A stretch of DNA of 63,150 nucleotides, counting the filler, from Octopus bimaculoides (Eukaryota): the NCBI RefSeq assembly GCF_001194135.2. It is 6 parts of 6 records of this genome, joined end to end, with 100 filler letters (N's around TTAATTAATTAA, not from the genome) between each part and the next. Parts side by side here need not be neighbours in the genome. Positions count along the whole stretch, not along the records: positions 1 to 14,216 come from NC_068983.1; positions 14,317 to 21,991 come from NC_068986.1; positions 22,092 to 33,892 come from NC_068985.1; 3 more parts are not named here. The stretch is one strand, 5' to 3'. The notes under the pieces were generated by a model. It was not told where the DNA came from. It did no database searches and saw nothing but the letters and a program-made list of their open reading frames with translations. The position numbers were made by a program, and so were the translations under genes. This document shows, one piece after another, positions 13,846 to 26,754 of this stretch (positions are counted from its first letter, which is position 1; every line of letters starts with the position of its first letter).

Positions 13846-14175
13846 TCTATATATATAAAAATGAGAATGTGTGTCTGTCTGTCTGTCTGTGTGTGTGTGT
13901 GTGTGAATCCCTAAAACTCGAGAACTACGCAACCAATTTCATTCAAATTTTACAGATGCCTTACTTAGGCTTCCAGTTGTGTTTTAGTCAAAAAGAATTT
14001 TTAACTTCTTGCAGAGTTCGAGCCCACGGCAACATAATATCTCCTCCACTGTTTAAATATTACGTGTCAAAAGTGAAACAAAAACACTCATGTCAAATAC
14101 TTTCACTTTAAAAATGAAGCTATTCCACTAACTGAAACAATCACATTTCGATACTGTAATGACAGATACTTTCAG
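13846..14175 (+). mobile_element. Non-autonomous Helitron-like element, 5' part
   Basis: Starts A|TCTATATATATAAAAATGAGAATGTGTGTCTGTCTG, then a microsatellite and aactacgcaaccaatttcattcaaatttt, the usual non-autonomous Helitron 5' layout. The 3' end is not seen (gap). Confidence 0.55.
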
Positions 14176-14316
14176 AGAGAGAGAGAAAGAGAGAAAGAGA
14201 GAGAGAGAGAGATGTANNNNNNNNNNNNNNNNNNNNNNNNNNNNNNNNNNNNNNNNNNNNTTAATTAATTAANNNNNNNNNNNNNNNNNNNNNNNNNNNN
14301 NNNNNNNNNNNNNNNN

Positions 14317-14570
14317 GGGATATTCAGCGTGACGCAGTGTGACAAGGCTGACCCTTTGAATTACAGGCACAACAGAAACAGGAAGTAAGCGTGAAAGAAA
14401 GTTGTGGTGAAAGAGTACAGCAGGGTTCGTCACCATCCCCTGCCGGAGCCTCGTGGAGCTTTTAGGTGTTTTCACTCAATAAACACTCACAACGCCCGGT
14501 CTGGGAATCGAAACCGCGATCCTATGACCGCGAGTCCGCTACTCTAACCACTGGGCCATTGCGCCTCCAC
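14317..14570 (-). mobile_element. tRNA-derived SINE (family D)
   Basis: Minus head gtggaggcgcaaTGGCCCAGTGGttagagtagcggactcgcggtcataggatcgcGGTTTCGATTCCcagaccggg with A and B boxes. Body is related to 34916-35230. Confidence 0.8.
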
Positions 14571-14930
14571 GCACACCAAGATAAAGAAGTACGAATCTGA
14601 CAGCTGAGACGTGAGTCGTCTAAGACGTTCAGTCTGTAGCGATTCGGAAAAATTAATGAAGGAAATTTATAATGCTCTCTTAGTAACTTATAATGTTCTT
14701 TATGGCTATATTGCTATATTCACAAGTAATAAATTTCGTGGTGAAACTTACTTCACAAAGAAATAGGTTTCCTAGCCTGCCATGCACAAGCTTTTTAAAT
14801 AAAGTCTACAACTGTTTATATTATTTGTTTGCTAAATAAATATTTAACATATTTCAAAGAGTTTGTTAAATATATACACAATGTGAGTATACGTATATAT
14901 ACACATAAATATATATGTATACCTATGTAT

Positions 14931-15005
<75 letters not shown>

Positions 15006-16973
15006 TGTATGTATGTATGTATGTATGTATATATATAATTTACATATATATTTGTATATGTATATATACATTAAACTAATTAGATTTGTAGATAGTGTCT
15101 CTCCATTTCCGCCAGCCAGCAAATTAAATTTCAAACATGAAGAGCATTTGTTATCTTTGTTTTATGTTTGTTTCTTTTATCATTTTTTCTTTCTTGTTTT
15201 AGGTTTGTTTGCTTTTGTTTTTTTTCTCTAAGAAACCTCTATTTTCCAAGTCATTTTGCTTGTATTTGTAGGTTAATAATTGCCTCCTTAAATATTATCG
15301 ATATGTGCATCATACTAGCATGCAAAGCCAATAAATAGGAACTCTCTAATTGCTCACATATCTTACTATTGGAATTCTGCATGTTATTGTATAACAATTC
15401 TTTTTATCAATAATCTTTTCTGAGATCATGTCTATGATAAGAATATTACGACAAAATGCTGTGCTAAGATTCTGTAGATATCTTCGGTATACGCTTATAA
15501 TATATCTTCTGTGTTTTACTCTGAGCTGCCCTGCCTTTAAATAGTATATTTATATATTACATAATTAAACAACGTTGACAGAGAAAGGAAATGTCAACAT
15601 GTTTTCGTCATAAATCCATCGCGTTTGCATGGCACAGGCACACACACACACACACACACACATTTCTAAATGTGTGTATGTGTATGCGAGCGTACATGCG
15701 TGCGCGCGGTTCTTTTTATATCGCTTTTCTAACAATAACATGTTATATTATCGATCTATTCCACCATCCTTATTTGTACCGCTGTTTGCTGTAAAACTCA
15801 TTATAATTACACAGCATTGAAGTACTTATTATGAAGGCTCCGTTTAATTATACAACAACGTAAGTAATAATTAAATGTTATTGACTTAGATATGATCTTA
15901 TTTACCGAGATAAACAGCCATTAATTTCTATCTTCTACCTAATTCCCAGTAATATATATCAATGCTGTTAGCGAATTCTGCTTGCCGTTTTTTCCCAATT
16001 AGATCTGGGTTTTTTTGTTTTTATCCATTTTAGTATATTAAATGAAATGGAGAAAGATGTAAACCTTTCACCTGAACAAGTTAGCAGTCTCCCGCAGACA
16101 ATATTCATAATATATCTGCTTCATATTCACAACTGTTGGCTGAATTGAGGAACTTACAACTATCATTTACACCCAGGATAACTAATTGTTCGATAAAGAT
16201 CGATAAAATAAATTCCATACTTTAATATATACATACCATAATCAATATGATCGACTTAAATTTTTGAAACCCGTTTCCAAATGATTGGAACCAGCCAAAG
16301 AAAAAAGAACGATATTAAATCAGCAGATAAATTGTTTTGTTCTTTTTTTTTTGTTTGTTTACCATTCATTTTAATCCATTCCAGTGTTTTTTTGTTGTTT
16401 TTTTTGAATTGACATAAAAAAATNNNNNNNNNNNNNNNNNNNNNNNNNNNNNNNNNNNNNNNNNNNNNNNNNNNNNNNNNNNNNNNNNNNNNNNNNNNNN
16501 NNNNNNNNNNNNNNNNNNNNNNNNNNNNNNNNNNNNNNNNNNNNNNNNNNNNNNNNNNNNNNNNNNNNNNNNNNNNNNNNNNNNNNNNNNNNNNNNNNNN
16601 NNNNNNNNNNNNNNNNNNNNNNNNNNNNNNNNNNNNNNNNNNNNNNNNNNNNNNNNNNNNNNNNNNNNNNNNNNNNNNNNNNNNNNNNNNNNNNNNNNNN
16701 NNNNNNNNNNNNNNNNNNNNNNNNNNNNNNNNNNNNNNNNNNNNNNNNNNNNNNNNNNNNNNNNNNNNNNNNNNNNNNNNNNNNNNNNNNNNNNNNNNNN
16801 NNNNNNNNNNNNNNNNNNNNNNNNNNNNNNNNNNNNNNNNNNNNNNNNNNNNNNNNNNNNNNNNNNNNNNNNNNNNNNNNNNNNNNNNNNNNNNNNNNNN
16901 NNNNNNNNNNNNNNNNNNNNNNNNNNNNNNNNNNNNNNNNNNNNNNNNNNNNNNNNNNNNNNNNNNNNNNNNN

Positions 16974-17160
16974 TGTGTATGTGGCTTGACAGCTATGCTG
17001 GTGTGTTTATATCCCCGTAACTTAGCGGTTCGGCAAAAGAGACCGATACAATAAGTACTAGGCTTACAAAGAATAAGTCCTGGGGTCGATTTGCTTGACT
17101 AACGGTGGTGCCCCAGCATTGGCGCAGTCAAATGAATGAAACAAGTAAAAGAATAAAAGA
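16974..17160 (+). mobile_element. SINE family A, 3' half
   Basis: Matches 42330-42525 (ccccgtaacttagcggttcggcaaaagagaccgat...aagtactaggcttacaaagaataagtcctggggtcg). Confidence 0.85.
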
Positions 17161-18262
17161 ATGTAATAATGAAAGAAATTGTAGAGAATGTAAATTATGG
17201 TTTATCAAATTAATTTGAACAAACATTTATACGTTTCCTATGAGAAATGGCGTCTATTTGATAAGTTGAAGCGAGAAACAAAATGCGGTGTAAATTGTTC
17301 ATTATGTGTATGCTGTTAGCAGTGAGTACGCGCTTCTGGCGAAGCTCAAAGAGGCAGAGATGTACATCTTGCGATTTCGGCATCGCTTCTGGACGATGTT
17401 CGTCTGCTGCTGATATATTTGTGCTTTTTAAACACATTACGTCCATAAGGGATATTATCTCCGAACGAATACCACAGTTAATTTGCCTGTTTTGCGATAT
17501 ATTTCCATTAAGCATGATATTTATACGGCTGCTTCGATCTAATTGTATTTATAACAGATCAGTGAGACACTACAAAAAGTGTCATACCAGTCGGGTTAAA
17601 TATGAGATTTGACATTTACTAATGACTAAACTGTTGATTGGAAAGTTCAGGTAATAACTGAAATTGTCATTACGGACAGATGCTGAATTCTTTATATTAT
17701 TTTCATGGAAAATTGCTATCCTTTGATGAAGGGACAGTTAGAATCAAAGAAGATAAAATGTGAACTTGAGTGATTTAGCGACTGACTAGAAGATAGATTA
17801 TTAGTACGGTTGATTTCAACCACTAGAAGCATTCAGTGATTAAATCTACGCTGTCTGCTGCCAAAGTAAGAACGATATAGCTTCTCTATATGGAGAATAT
17901 TCTTATTCTTTTAATTTTTATTCTTTCTTTTTTTGGTGGGTGGGTGTATTCATTGAAATGCAGGTATGCTAGAGCAATGCTTTGAAGGGTTTCGAAAAAT
18001 CGGCCCCGGTACTCGTTTTGTGAGTTTGTGACTTATTGTACTTGTATCGTAATCACTGGTGATGCTCCAGCATGGCCACATCCTTTGGACTTGAGGTATA
18101 AAGGAATAAAAGAACAAACTACTAAGTCGTATACTAACAACACCGTTTGACGAACTGTTGGAAAACAGAGAGTATGTATATGTGCGTAAGTATATGTATA
18201 TACATCCGTGTATATATGTATACATATATGCGTGTGCGTGTGCGTATATATATATGTGTGTG

Positions 18263-18341
<79 letters not shown>

Positions 18342-19894
18342 NNNNNNNNNNNNNNNNNNNNNNNNNNNNNNNNNNNNNNNNNNNNNNNNNNNNNNNNNNN
18401 NNNNNNNNNNNNNNNNNNNNNNNNNNNNNNNNNNNNNNNNNNNNNNNNNNNNNNNNNNNNNNNNNNNNNNNNNNNNNNNNNNNNNNNNNNNNNNNNNNNN
18501 NNNNNNNNNNNNNNNNNNNNNNNNNNNNNNNNNNNNNNNNNNNNNNNNNNNNNNNNNNNNNNNNNNNNNNNNNNNNNNNNNNNNNNNNNNNNNNNNNNNN
18601 NNNNNNNNNNNNNNNNNNNNNNNNNNNNNNNNNNNNNNNNNNNNNNNNNNNNNNNNNNNNNNNNNNNNNNNNNNNNNNNNNNNNNNNNNNNNNNNNNNNN
18701 NNNNNNNNNNNNNNNNNNNNNNNNNNNNNNNNNNNNNNNNNNNNNNNNNNNNNNNNNNNNNNNNNNNNNNNNNNNNNNNNNNNNNNNNNNNNNNNNNNNN
18801 NNNNNNNNNNNNNNNNNNNNNNNNNNNNNNNNNNNNNNNNNNNNNNNNNNNNNNNNNNNNNNNNNNNNNNNNNNNNNNNNNNNNNNNNNNNNNNNNNNNN
18901 NNNNNNNNNNNNNNNNNNNNNNNNNNNNNNNNNNNNNNNNNNNNNNNNNNNNNNNNNNNNNNNNNNNNNNNNNNNNNNNNNNNNNNNNNNNNNNNNNNNN
19001 NNNNNNNNNNNNNNNNNNNNNNNNNNNNNNNNNNNNNNNNNNNNNNNNNNNNNNNNNNNNNNNNNNNNNNNNNNNNNNNNNNNNNNNNNNNNNNNNNNNN
19101 NNNNNNNNNNNNNNNNNNNNNNNNNNNNNNNNNNNNNNNNNNNNNNNNNNNNNNNNNNNNNNNNNNNNNNNNNNNNNNNNNNNNNNNNNNNNNNNNNNNN
19201 NNNNNNNNNNNNNNNNNNNNNNNNNNNNNNNNNNNNNNTATGTATGTATGTATGTATGTATGCATGTTTGTATGCATGTTTGTATGTATGTCAGTCTGTA
19301 TGTTTGTATGTATGTTTGTATGTATGTATGTATATATATATATATGTGTGTGTGTATGTGTGTGTGTGTGTGTGTGTGTAAGTACCTTTGTTTGTATGTA
19401 TGCATTTGTATGTATGCATTTGTATGTATGCATATGTATATATGTATGTATGTATGTATGTATGCATGTTTGTATGTATGCATGTTTGTATGTATGTATG
19501 CTTGTCTGTCTATCTGTATGTATGCATATGTGTGTATGTACGTATGTATGCTTGTCTGTCTGTATGTATATATGTATATATGTGCGTGTATGTATGTATG
19601 TATGTATCGTTCTGTTCTGTTTTTTTTTGATTATTTGAAGTCTTTCTATGAGGAAGAAGTTGGTTTCTCACAAAGATACAAAGCTCCGTCATTGGAATGT
19701 AGATAAAGGAAGCAAATTCACATTTTAAACTTCAGAAAATCTTGCCTCTCTATACAATCATATTTGTATGTAAGTATGTATGTATGTATGTATGTATTAA
19801 TATATGTCGAGGCACACATTCTGTTGTGTGTATAATCCTAGAAGCTGTAGTATCTATAATCTGCTTCCTGTGGCTATCGAAGTATGATGTGTGG

Positions 19895-19925
<31 letters not shown>

Positions 19926-20487
19926 CGCATTTGTGTGCGCGCGCGAATGTTTGACACTTAAGTCGTAATGTTCCAATGATCATTTGGCTTCCAGTCAAGT
20001 ATTAAATTCTCCTAAGTTACGATCGGTCATCTACACCGATGTACAGACGTAGTTTGGTGTCTCAAGCATTTCAGACGGAGACAAAATATTTTCATGGAAA
20101 CGTGAGAATCCATAAAATGATATACGTGTGTATATATATGTGTGCGAGTGTATGTGTATGTGTATGTGTATGTGCGAGTGTATGTGTGTCTTATCTTTTA
20201 TACTAGTCATTGAACAGCGGCCATGATTCAGCACTTCAAGGATTTTAGTCGAAGAATTCGATAGCAGTGCTAGTATTTTATAGCCAGGCATTTATTTTAT
20301 GTGTCTCCTTACCCGAACCGTTAAGTTACGTGGACGTACACAAACAAACACCGGTGGTCAAGAAGAGATGGGGGATACTGAGGATTCCGCGATATAAATT
20401 TACATATATTAGCCAGAAAAATCCGCGATGTACTGAGTGCACGATAGGTAAACCGCGATATGGTGAGGGGGTTACTCTGTGTGTGTG

Positions 20488-20526
<39 letters not shown>

Positions 20527-21545
20527 NNNNNNNNNNNNNNNNNNNNNNNNNNNNNNNNNNNNNNNNNNNNNNNNNNNNNNNNNNNNNNNNNNNNNNNNNN
20601 NNNNNNNNNNNNNNNNNNNNNNNNNNNNNNNNNNNNNNNNNNNNNNNNNNNNNNNNNNNNNNNNNNNNNNNNNNNNNNNNNNNNNNNNNNNNNNNNNNNN
20701 NNNNNNNNNNNNNNNNNNNNNNNNNNNNNNNNNNGTGACAGTTATTCGGTAACCATGATAAAACTTCGAGTTTCGCCGCCATCTCTTCAGTTATCTGGTC
20801 ATTGAAAAAGATGCTATGAAAATGACCGTTAAACAAAGGGAAATTACTGTGTGATTGACCGTTATTAAGACAAAAGAGCTATTAGAATGACCGCTAAGTG
20901 AGGGGAGGGAGTAAAGGTAAGGGAGTAAAAATGTCCATAGCATTCGCCTAAGCGCGCCAGTCCATACGTACACATGCGCGACCGCGCACCCACGTACATG
21001 CGCCTATATGTATATCCTCATCCACCCTCACTTGAAACACACGCATGCTCACCCACATATTCGCCAAAAAATATATACATACCCGCATACACGCTCGCGC
21101 ACACACACACACACGCACGCGTGCAAAAAAAGGTTCATACACGCGTCTATATACGCACATGCACAAGAAAAAACAGGGCTAAAGGTAAAATACAGAAAAA
21201 TGTGTAAAAAAAGTGTAAAAAAAGCAATAAGGGTAAAACACGTCTATATAGGCACAGTCTCGCATGCACGCACACACACACGTCTATATACGCACGTACC
21301 CGCACATACGCACACATCCACAAGCGCGCACAAAAGGTTCCATGTACACGTCTATATACGAACAAGAAAAATGCAGGGTGGAAGGTAGAACACAGAAAAA
21401 TTATGTGTAAAAAATATATGAGCGATAAACCTATAAAACAATATCACTATAAATATGTAAAAAATATAAAAATATATAAGAAATATAAGTAAAAAGTATA
21501 GAGAAATAAAAAGCTTGTACACAGACACAATATAGAAAGCAAGTC

Positions 21546-21854
21546 CTATCTATAATCTCGGAGGGACCAAAAACGTAACAAACATTTAGCCACATGTGGA
21601 CATGATCTGAAAAGTTTAGTTCTTGAATTAAGACATGTGGCGGAGTCTAAGCTTCCTTTCCAGATGAGCCATCTTTCCATATCACAAAGGCCGCACTTTC
21701 CACTGCCGTTGGTGTAGGGCTTATACTTCGCTAAGATCTTCCAATGGATGTTGTAACTGACACCTTTATCATTTAAGGACCATATATGACTGGATAATTT
21801 GGTCGTTTTCCTTTTATCCCAGTGCCTGAAGCTGAAGGTGTGATTATTGAACCT
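21546..21854 (-). mobile_element. Penelope-like element relic, GIY-YIG endonuclease C-terminus
   Basis: Open frame RFNNHTFSFRHWDKRKTTKLSSHIWSLNDKGVSYNIHWKILAKYKPYTNGSGKCGLCDMERWLIWKGSLDSATCLNSRTKLFRSCPHVAK...*, the PLE pattern RFNNH..SFR..T.LS..IW.L..W.I..C.LC..LN.R.EL..C.H. Confidence 0.8.
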
Positions 21855-22091
21855 GGCCTAATATATATGTGAGTATCAAAGAGGTACAGGTGTCAATTCA
21901 TACGGCCGTTTATAACAATTCCTTTAATTGATTAATAAGAGCATTACATCATTGCAAACAAACCGTTTTCGTCAGATGAATTCATAATCTTNNNNNNNNN
22001 NNNNNNNNNNNNNNNNNNNNNNNNNNNNNNNNNNNTTAATTAATTAANNNNNNNNNNNNNNNNNNNNNNNNNNNNNNNNNNNNNNNNNNNN

Positions 22092-23616
22092 AAGCGTATT
22101 TGTATTACATTTCATTTCAAAATGCCCACTTTCCCTAAACTTTGGAAGAAACAACACAACGATCTCATGACAGCCTTCGGTGCCCCTTATTATTTGTATA
22201 TGGAGAAGATGGCTATCATTTTGGCATCCCTCAGTTTGGAACTAATCCCACGAAGCATGTTTCATGTATAGACTTTTATGCTTACCATTTCATGATCAGA
22301 GATAATTCCTTCAACCTTCTTCATAGAATTCAAAATGTCTTCCTTCAGTTTGCAGTTGATATGTTTGCAAAGATTGAAGCAGAAAAGCTTTTATACATCA
22401 AAACTCATCAAAAGCAGCTTAGAGTAAGTAGATCCATATATCCATCTCTAAAATCATATAAATTACGATGGGCACGGAAGAGACACAGGTCAAATTTGTG
22501 TCACAGATAGTCCACAATATATGCATGAGAGGACCCAAGATGCAATGACCTATGTTCGTAATTAGGGAAAAACCTGATCTGTTCATTACAGTAATTTCAA
22601 ATCCAAAGTGGAAGGAGATTCAAAATGAGCTTTCCTCTGGACAAAAATACATCAATAGATAAGATCTATTAGCAGAGTGTTTCGCTTGAAGTTAATCAAA
22701 CTAATGAATCTTATGAACAAATCACAAATCTTCGGGTCAATAAGATGTTATATGTATACCATTGAATGGCACCAGGAGCTCCTTCTCATTGCTTTCCATT
22801 GAAAATAGGCGTTCCAATCATGCTTCTGCGCAACCTTTCTCAACCAAAGCTGTCCAATGACACAAGACTTGTCAAGAAATTAATGAGAAATGTCATACAG
22901 GACACAATAATTTCTGGCTGTGGAAAAGGTGAAGATGCTTTCATTCCTCGCTTATCTTTAATACCTTCCAATATGCCCTTCGAGTTCAAACGACTTCAAT
23001 TTCCAATACGTATCTTTGGCGATATCCATTAATAAGTCCCAAGGCCAGAATTTGAAAGTTGATGGTTTGAGATTAGAAGAAGACTGTTTCTCATACGGTA
23101 AGTTATATGTTGGGACATCCAGAGTGGGGTGCAAGAACAATTTTTTCATTTTTGCACCTACTGGTAAAACCCTAAGGACGTTTTTACCATGAGATCAACA
23201 AACTAAAATTTGAAGAATGATTAATAACCTTGAAGTGATATTGTTAACGTTACACTATATTCGTCTAAGAAAAGCTATTTGTATTTTTGCTTGTTGTAAT
23301 ACTTAAGTTCAATAAATTATAGTACATATGTTTTTAGTTTTCTCCGAACTTTTATTTACTTATCTTATATTAGACACAAACCAAAGTCTGTCCAATGTTT
23401 GCTTCATTTATAGACTGAAATACTATAAATCATAGATCAGAAGTTTATATGCACCCATGATAATTTTGGCCAGAAAAAAACAGCTCTATCATCTACAAGA
23501 AAGTTAACAACCATTTTTTATATATGTTCAATACAATCTAAGTGAATAACTTTGAATATCCATAATACAATTTTGGCAGCTTTTTCAACCCTGTCAATGA
23601 CGGGTATTTCTGCTAG
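22092..23616 (+). mobile_element. Internally deleted Helitron (RepHel pseudogene)
   Basis: Rep fragments PLLFVYGEDGYHF...FYAYHFMIR...QFAVDMFAKIEAEKLLYIK, SPQYMHERTQDAMTYVR..GKPDLFIT..NPKW.EI and YTIEW fuse to the PIF1 C-terminus PGAPSH...[20 protein letters not shown]...[14 protein letters not shown]...SRV. 3' hairpin accc..gggt then CTAG at 23613-16. Confidence 0.9.
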
Positions 23617-24423
23617 AGTGCATGTATATGTGTGTGTGTGTGTGTGTATGTATATATACATACATATATATANNNNNNNNNNNNNNNNNNNNNNNNNNNN
23701 NNNNNNNNNNNNNNNNNNNNNNNNNNNNNNNNNNNNNNNNNNNNNNNNNNNNNNNNNNNNNNNNNNNNNNNNNNNNNNNNNNNNNNNNNNNNNNNNNNNN
23801 NNNNNNNNNNNNNNNNNNNNNNNNNNNNNNNNNNNNNNNNNNNNNNNNNNNNNNNNNNNNNNNNNNNNNNNNNNNNNNNNNNNNNNNNNNNNNNNNNNNN
23901 NNNNNNNNNNNNNNNNNNNNNNNNNNNNNNNNNNNNNNNNNNNNNNNNNNNNNNNNNNNNNNNNNNNNNNNNNNNNNNNNNNNNNNNNNNNNNNNNNNNN
24001 NNNNNNNNNNNNNNNNNNNNNNNNNNNNNNNNNNNNNNNNNNNNNNNNNNNNNNNNNNNNNNNNNNNNNNNNNNNNNNNNNNNNNNNNNNNNNNNNNNNN
24101 NNNNNNNNNNNNNNNNNNNNNNNNNNNNNNNNNNNNNNNNNNNNNNNNNNNNNNNNNNNNNNNNNNNNNNNNNNNNNNNNNNNNNNNNNNNNNNNNNNNN
24201 NNNNNNNNNNNNNNNNNNNNNNNNNNNNNNNNNNNNGGTTGACTTTGTCGTTCATTGTGCGGGGTCGATAAAATAAGTAGCAATTGAGCATTAAGATCGA
24301 TGTAATCAGCTTACCCACACCATCAAAATTGCTAGATTTGAGATAAAATTTTGAACCATTATTATAGTTTAGTCTTCGATTACTTTCCGCAGTTATTTTC
24401 GAATTGATTGTTATTTATTACAG

Positions 24424-24531
24424 GCTGCATTGCGTGATCATTACAATGACACATGCCGCAGGATACTCCCTTTTCTGGAGAAGACGTTGGGGCAATACGA
24501 CAATGGCGCAAAGTATTTCTTTGGAGAACAG
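24424..24531 (+). CDS. S-crystallin / sigma-class GST, penultimate coding exon
   Basis: Acceptor ttatttattacag| and donor |gtaagc; 108 bp, phase 0-0. Translates AALRDHYNDTCRRILPFLEKTLGQYDNGAKYFFGEQ, matching the cephalopod S-crystallin motif ETCRRILPF(M/L)ERTL...FF.G(D/E)Q. Confidence 0.92.
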
Positions 24532-24859
24532 GTAAGCTTGCTTACATACATACATACATACATACGTACATACATGCATGCATGCACACACGCGCGCGCG
24601 CACACACACACACTCACACACACACATATCCATATATCCGAAGCCGGAGTTACTGAGGCAGTTACTGAAGAAGGCTTTACCAATCTATTGGCCGGCCACT
24701 CTTGCTAATGGAGAGGTCACCATTCGTTACCGTTTAGTATTGTTAATATTTATATCTGGTTTAGAGATTTTAGAACTTGCTCTTTACAAGATCAGCGGCT
24801 GTCTGCCGCTTCGCTGTTTATATAATGTGGGTAGGAGCGAGTGACTGCCATCTCTAACA

Positions 24860-24919
24860 GGCAGGCGTTCAGCACCGATGAAGGGAAATACCCAGAAACC
24901 ATGGTCTACTGGTCTTGCC
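24860..24919 (+). ncRNA. Minimal type-I hammerhead ribozyme-like motif (PLE-associated, partly degenerate)
   Basis: cagca-CCGATGA-a ggg aaata ccc a-GAAA-c catg GTC/tactg. Stem I cagca/tactg with outer ggcagg/cttgcc; palindromic stem III accatggt. Confidence 0.55.
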
Positions 24920-25418
24920 AAGCAAGAGGGAAGTGATTTGCTCCCTTACTCACAATATATCAGACACAGATTGTGTCGTTAACCAGCTGGAAAAGACTTT
25001 TTCTTGGGGTTAAAAATGTAGTAACATAGTTCTTTTTAGAACAGCCATGTTATAGTGGCAAAAAAAACAACTTTACCTATATATNNNNNNNNNNNNNNNN
25101 NNNNNNNNNNNNNNNNNNNNNNNNNNNNNNNNNNNNNNNNNNNNNNNNNNNNNNNNNNNNNNNNNNNNNNNNNNNNNNNNNNNNNNNNNNNNNNNNNNNN
25201 NNNNNNNNNNNNNNNNNNNNNNNNNNNNNNNNNNNNNNNNNNNNNNNNNNNNNNNNNNNNNNNNNNNNNNNNNNNNNNNNNNNNNNNNNNNNNNNNNNNN
25301 NNNNNNNNNNNNNNNNNNNNNNNNNNNNNNNNNNNNNNNNNNNNNTATAAATATATAAAAGTATGTATCGTCTGTAAAAAGCATAAATCTGAAAGAAGCA
25401 TGCTCTAAGATTATATAT

Positions 25419-25565
25419 TAAAAATGGGGAAGGCCGGTTTATGGGATTACCTTAGGTTTCCCTTGGGCCAGCAGGTTATGGGATTTGACGATACGTCATA
25501 AAGCTAAACCCTTTATGGACGGGAAACCGAACGGTGTTCCCATAAACCGGCCTTCCCCATTTTTA
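25419..25565. mobile_element. Short fold-back element with perfect 28-bp inverted ends
   Basis: taaaaatggggaaggccggtttatggga (25419-46) and its exact reverse complement (25538-65). Confidence 0.7.
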
Positions 25566-26275
25566 CTTACATAATTTTTATATATATATACATATGTATT
25601 GTATATATATGTGTGTGTGTTTATATGATTATGAGTAAGTGTGTGTGCATAGGCGTGAGTTTGAAGGTATTTTTCTACAACTAACGATGCAAATATAAAT
25701 CTCATAAGATATGCAAATCACAAGCTTCTCTTTAAACTACATAATTATGTTCATGAATAGCTATAATTCCAATGTCATTGTTGTGCCAGTTTTTTGTTTC
25801 ACTCAACAATAGCAATGTGAATAGCAGTTTAGTGATTAAGATTTGTTTTTATTTTTCAATAAATTCCTCAGTTGATTGTACAACTATATTAACTACATTT
25901 ATTAACCATACTAGGAAGAATGTTACTTATTATATTCTAAATGTTCCTGTTGTGGACTACAGTCATCCCACTATTCTTTTATCATTCTGTTTCTGTAATT
26001 GGAATGCAGCCATTAAGTACATATATTTACATAGATATGAGTATATGTATGTATGTATGAATGTATGTATGTATGTATGTATGTATGTATGTATGTATGT
26101 ACGCATGTATGTATGTATACATGCATGCATGCATGAATGCATGTATGCATATATATATATCTATATACTTATGTACATATATATGTATGTATGTATATGC
26201 ATGCATGTATGTATGCATATATATCTATATACTTATGTACATATATAGGTATGTGTATATTTATGTGTGTCTATA

Positions 26276-26315
<40 letters not shown>

Positions 26316-26719
26316 NNNNNNNNNNNNNNNNNNNNNNNNNNNNNNNNNNNNNNNNNNNNNNNNNNNNNNNNNNNNNNNNNNNNNNNNNNNNNNNNNNNNN
26401 NNNNNNNNNNNNNNNNNNNNNNNNNNNNNNNNNNNNNNNNNNNNNNNNNNNNNNNNNNNNNNNNNNNNNNNNNNNNNNNNNNNNNNNNNNNNNNNNNNNN
26501 NNNNNNNNNNNNNNNNNNNNNNNNNNNNNNNNNNNNNNNNNNNNNNNNNNNNNNNNNNNNNNNNNNNNNNNNNNNNNNNNNNNNNNNNNNNNNNNNNNNN
26601 NNNNNNNNNNNNNNNNNNNNNNNNNNNNNNNNNNNNNNNNNNNNNNNNNNNNNNNNNNNNNNNNNNNNNNNNNNNNNNNNNNNNNNNNNNNNNNNNNNNN
26701 NNNNNNNNNNNNNNNNNNN

Positions 26720-26754
<35 letters not shown>

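Noticed and set aside
14261-14272. TTAATTAATTAA centred in 100-bp N blocks (also 22036, 33937, 37991, 60396)
   Set aside because: Identical 44N+12+44N layout five times, with stops in all six frames. This is an assembly linker for unsized gaps, not biology.
16003-16079. Possible crystallin exon ...ILNEMEKDVNLSPEQ with a phase-0 donor
   Set aside because: No GST motif, mediocre splice sites, and no companion N-domain exons.
18033-19706. Long ORFs in the supplied track (YI/CV/HT repeats, poly-X, poly-S/M/H/N)
   Set aside because: They are open only because they cross N gaps or microsatellites; the same applies throughout the window.
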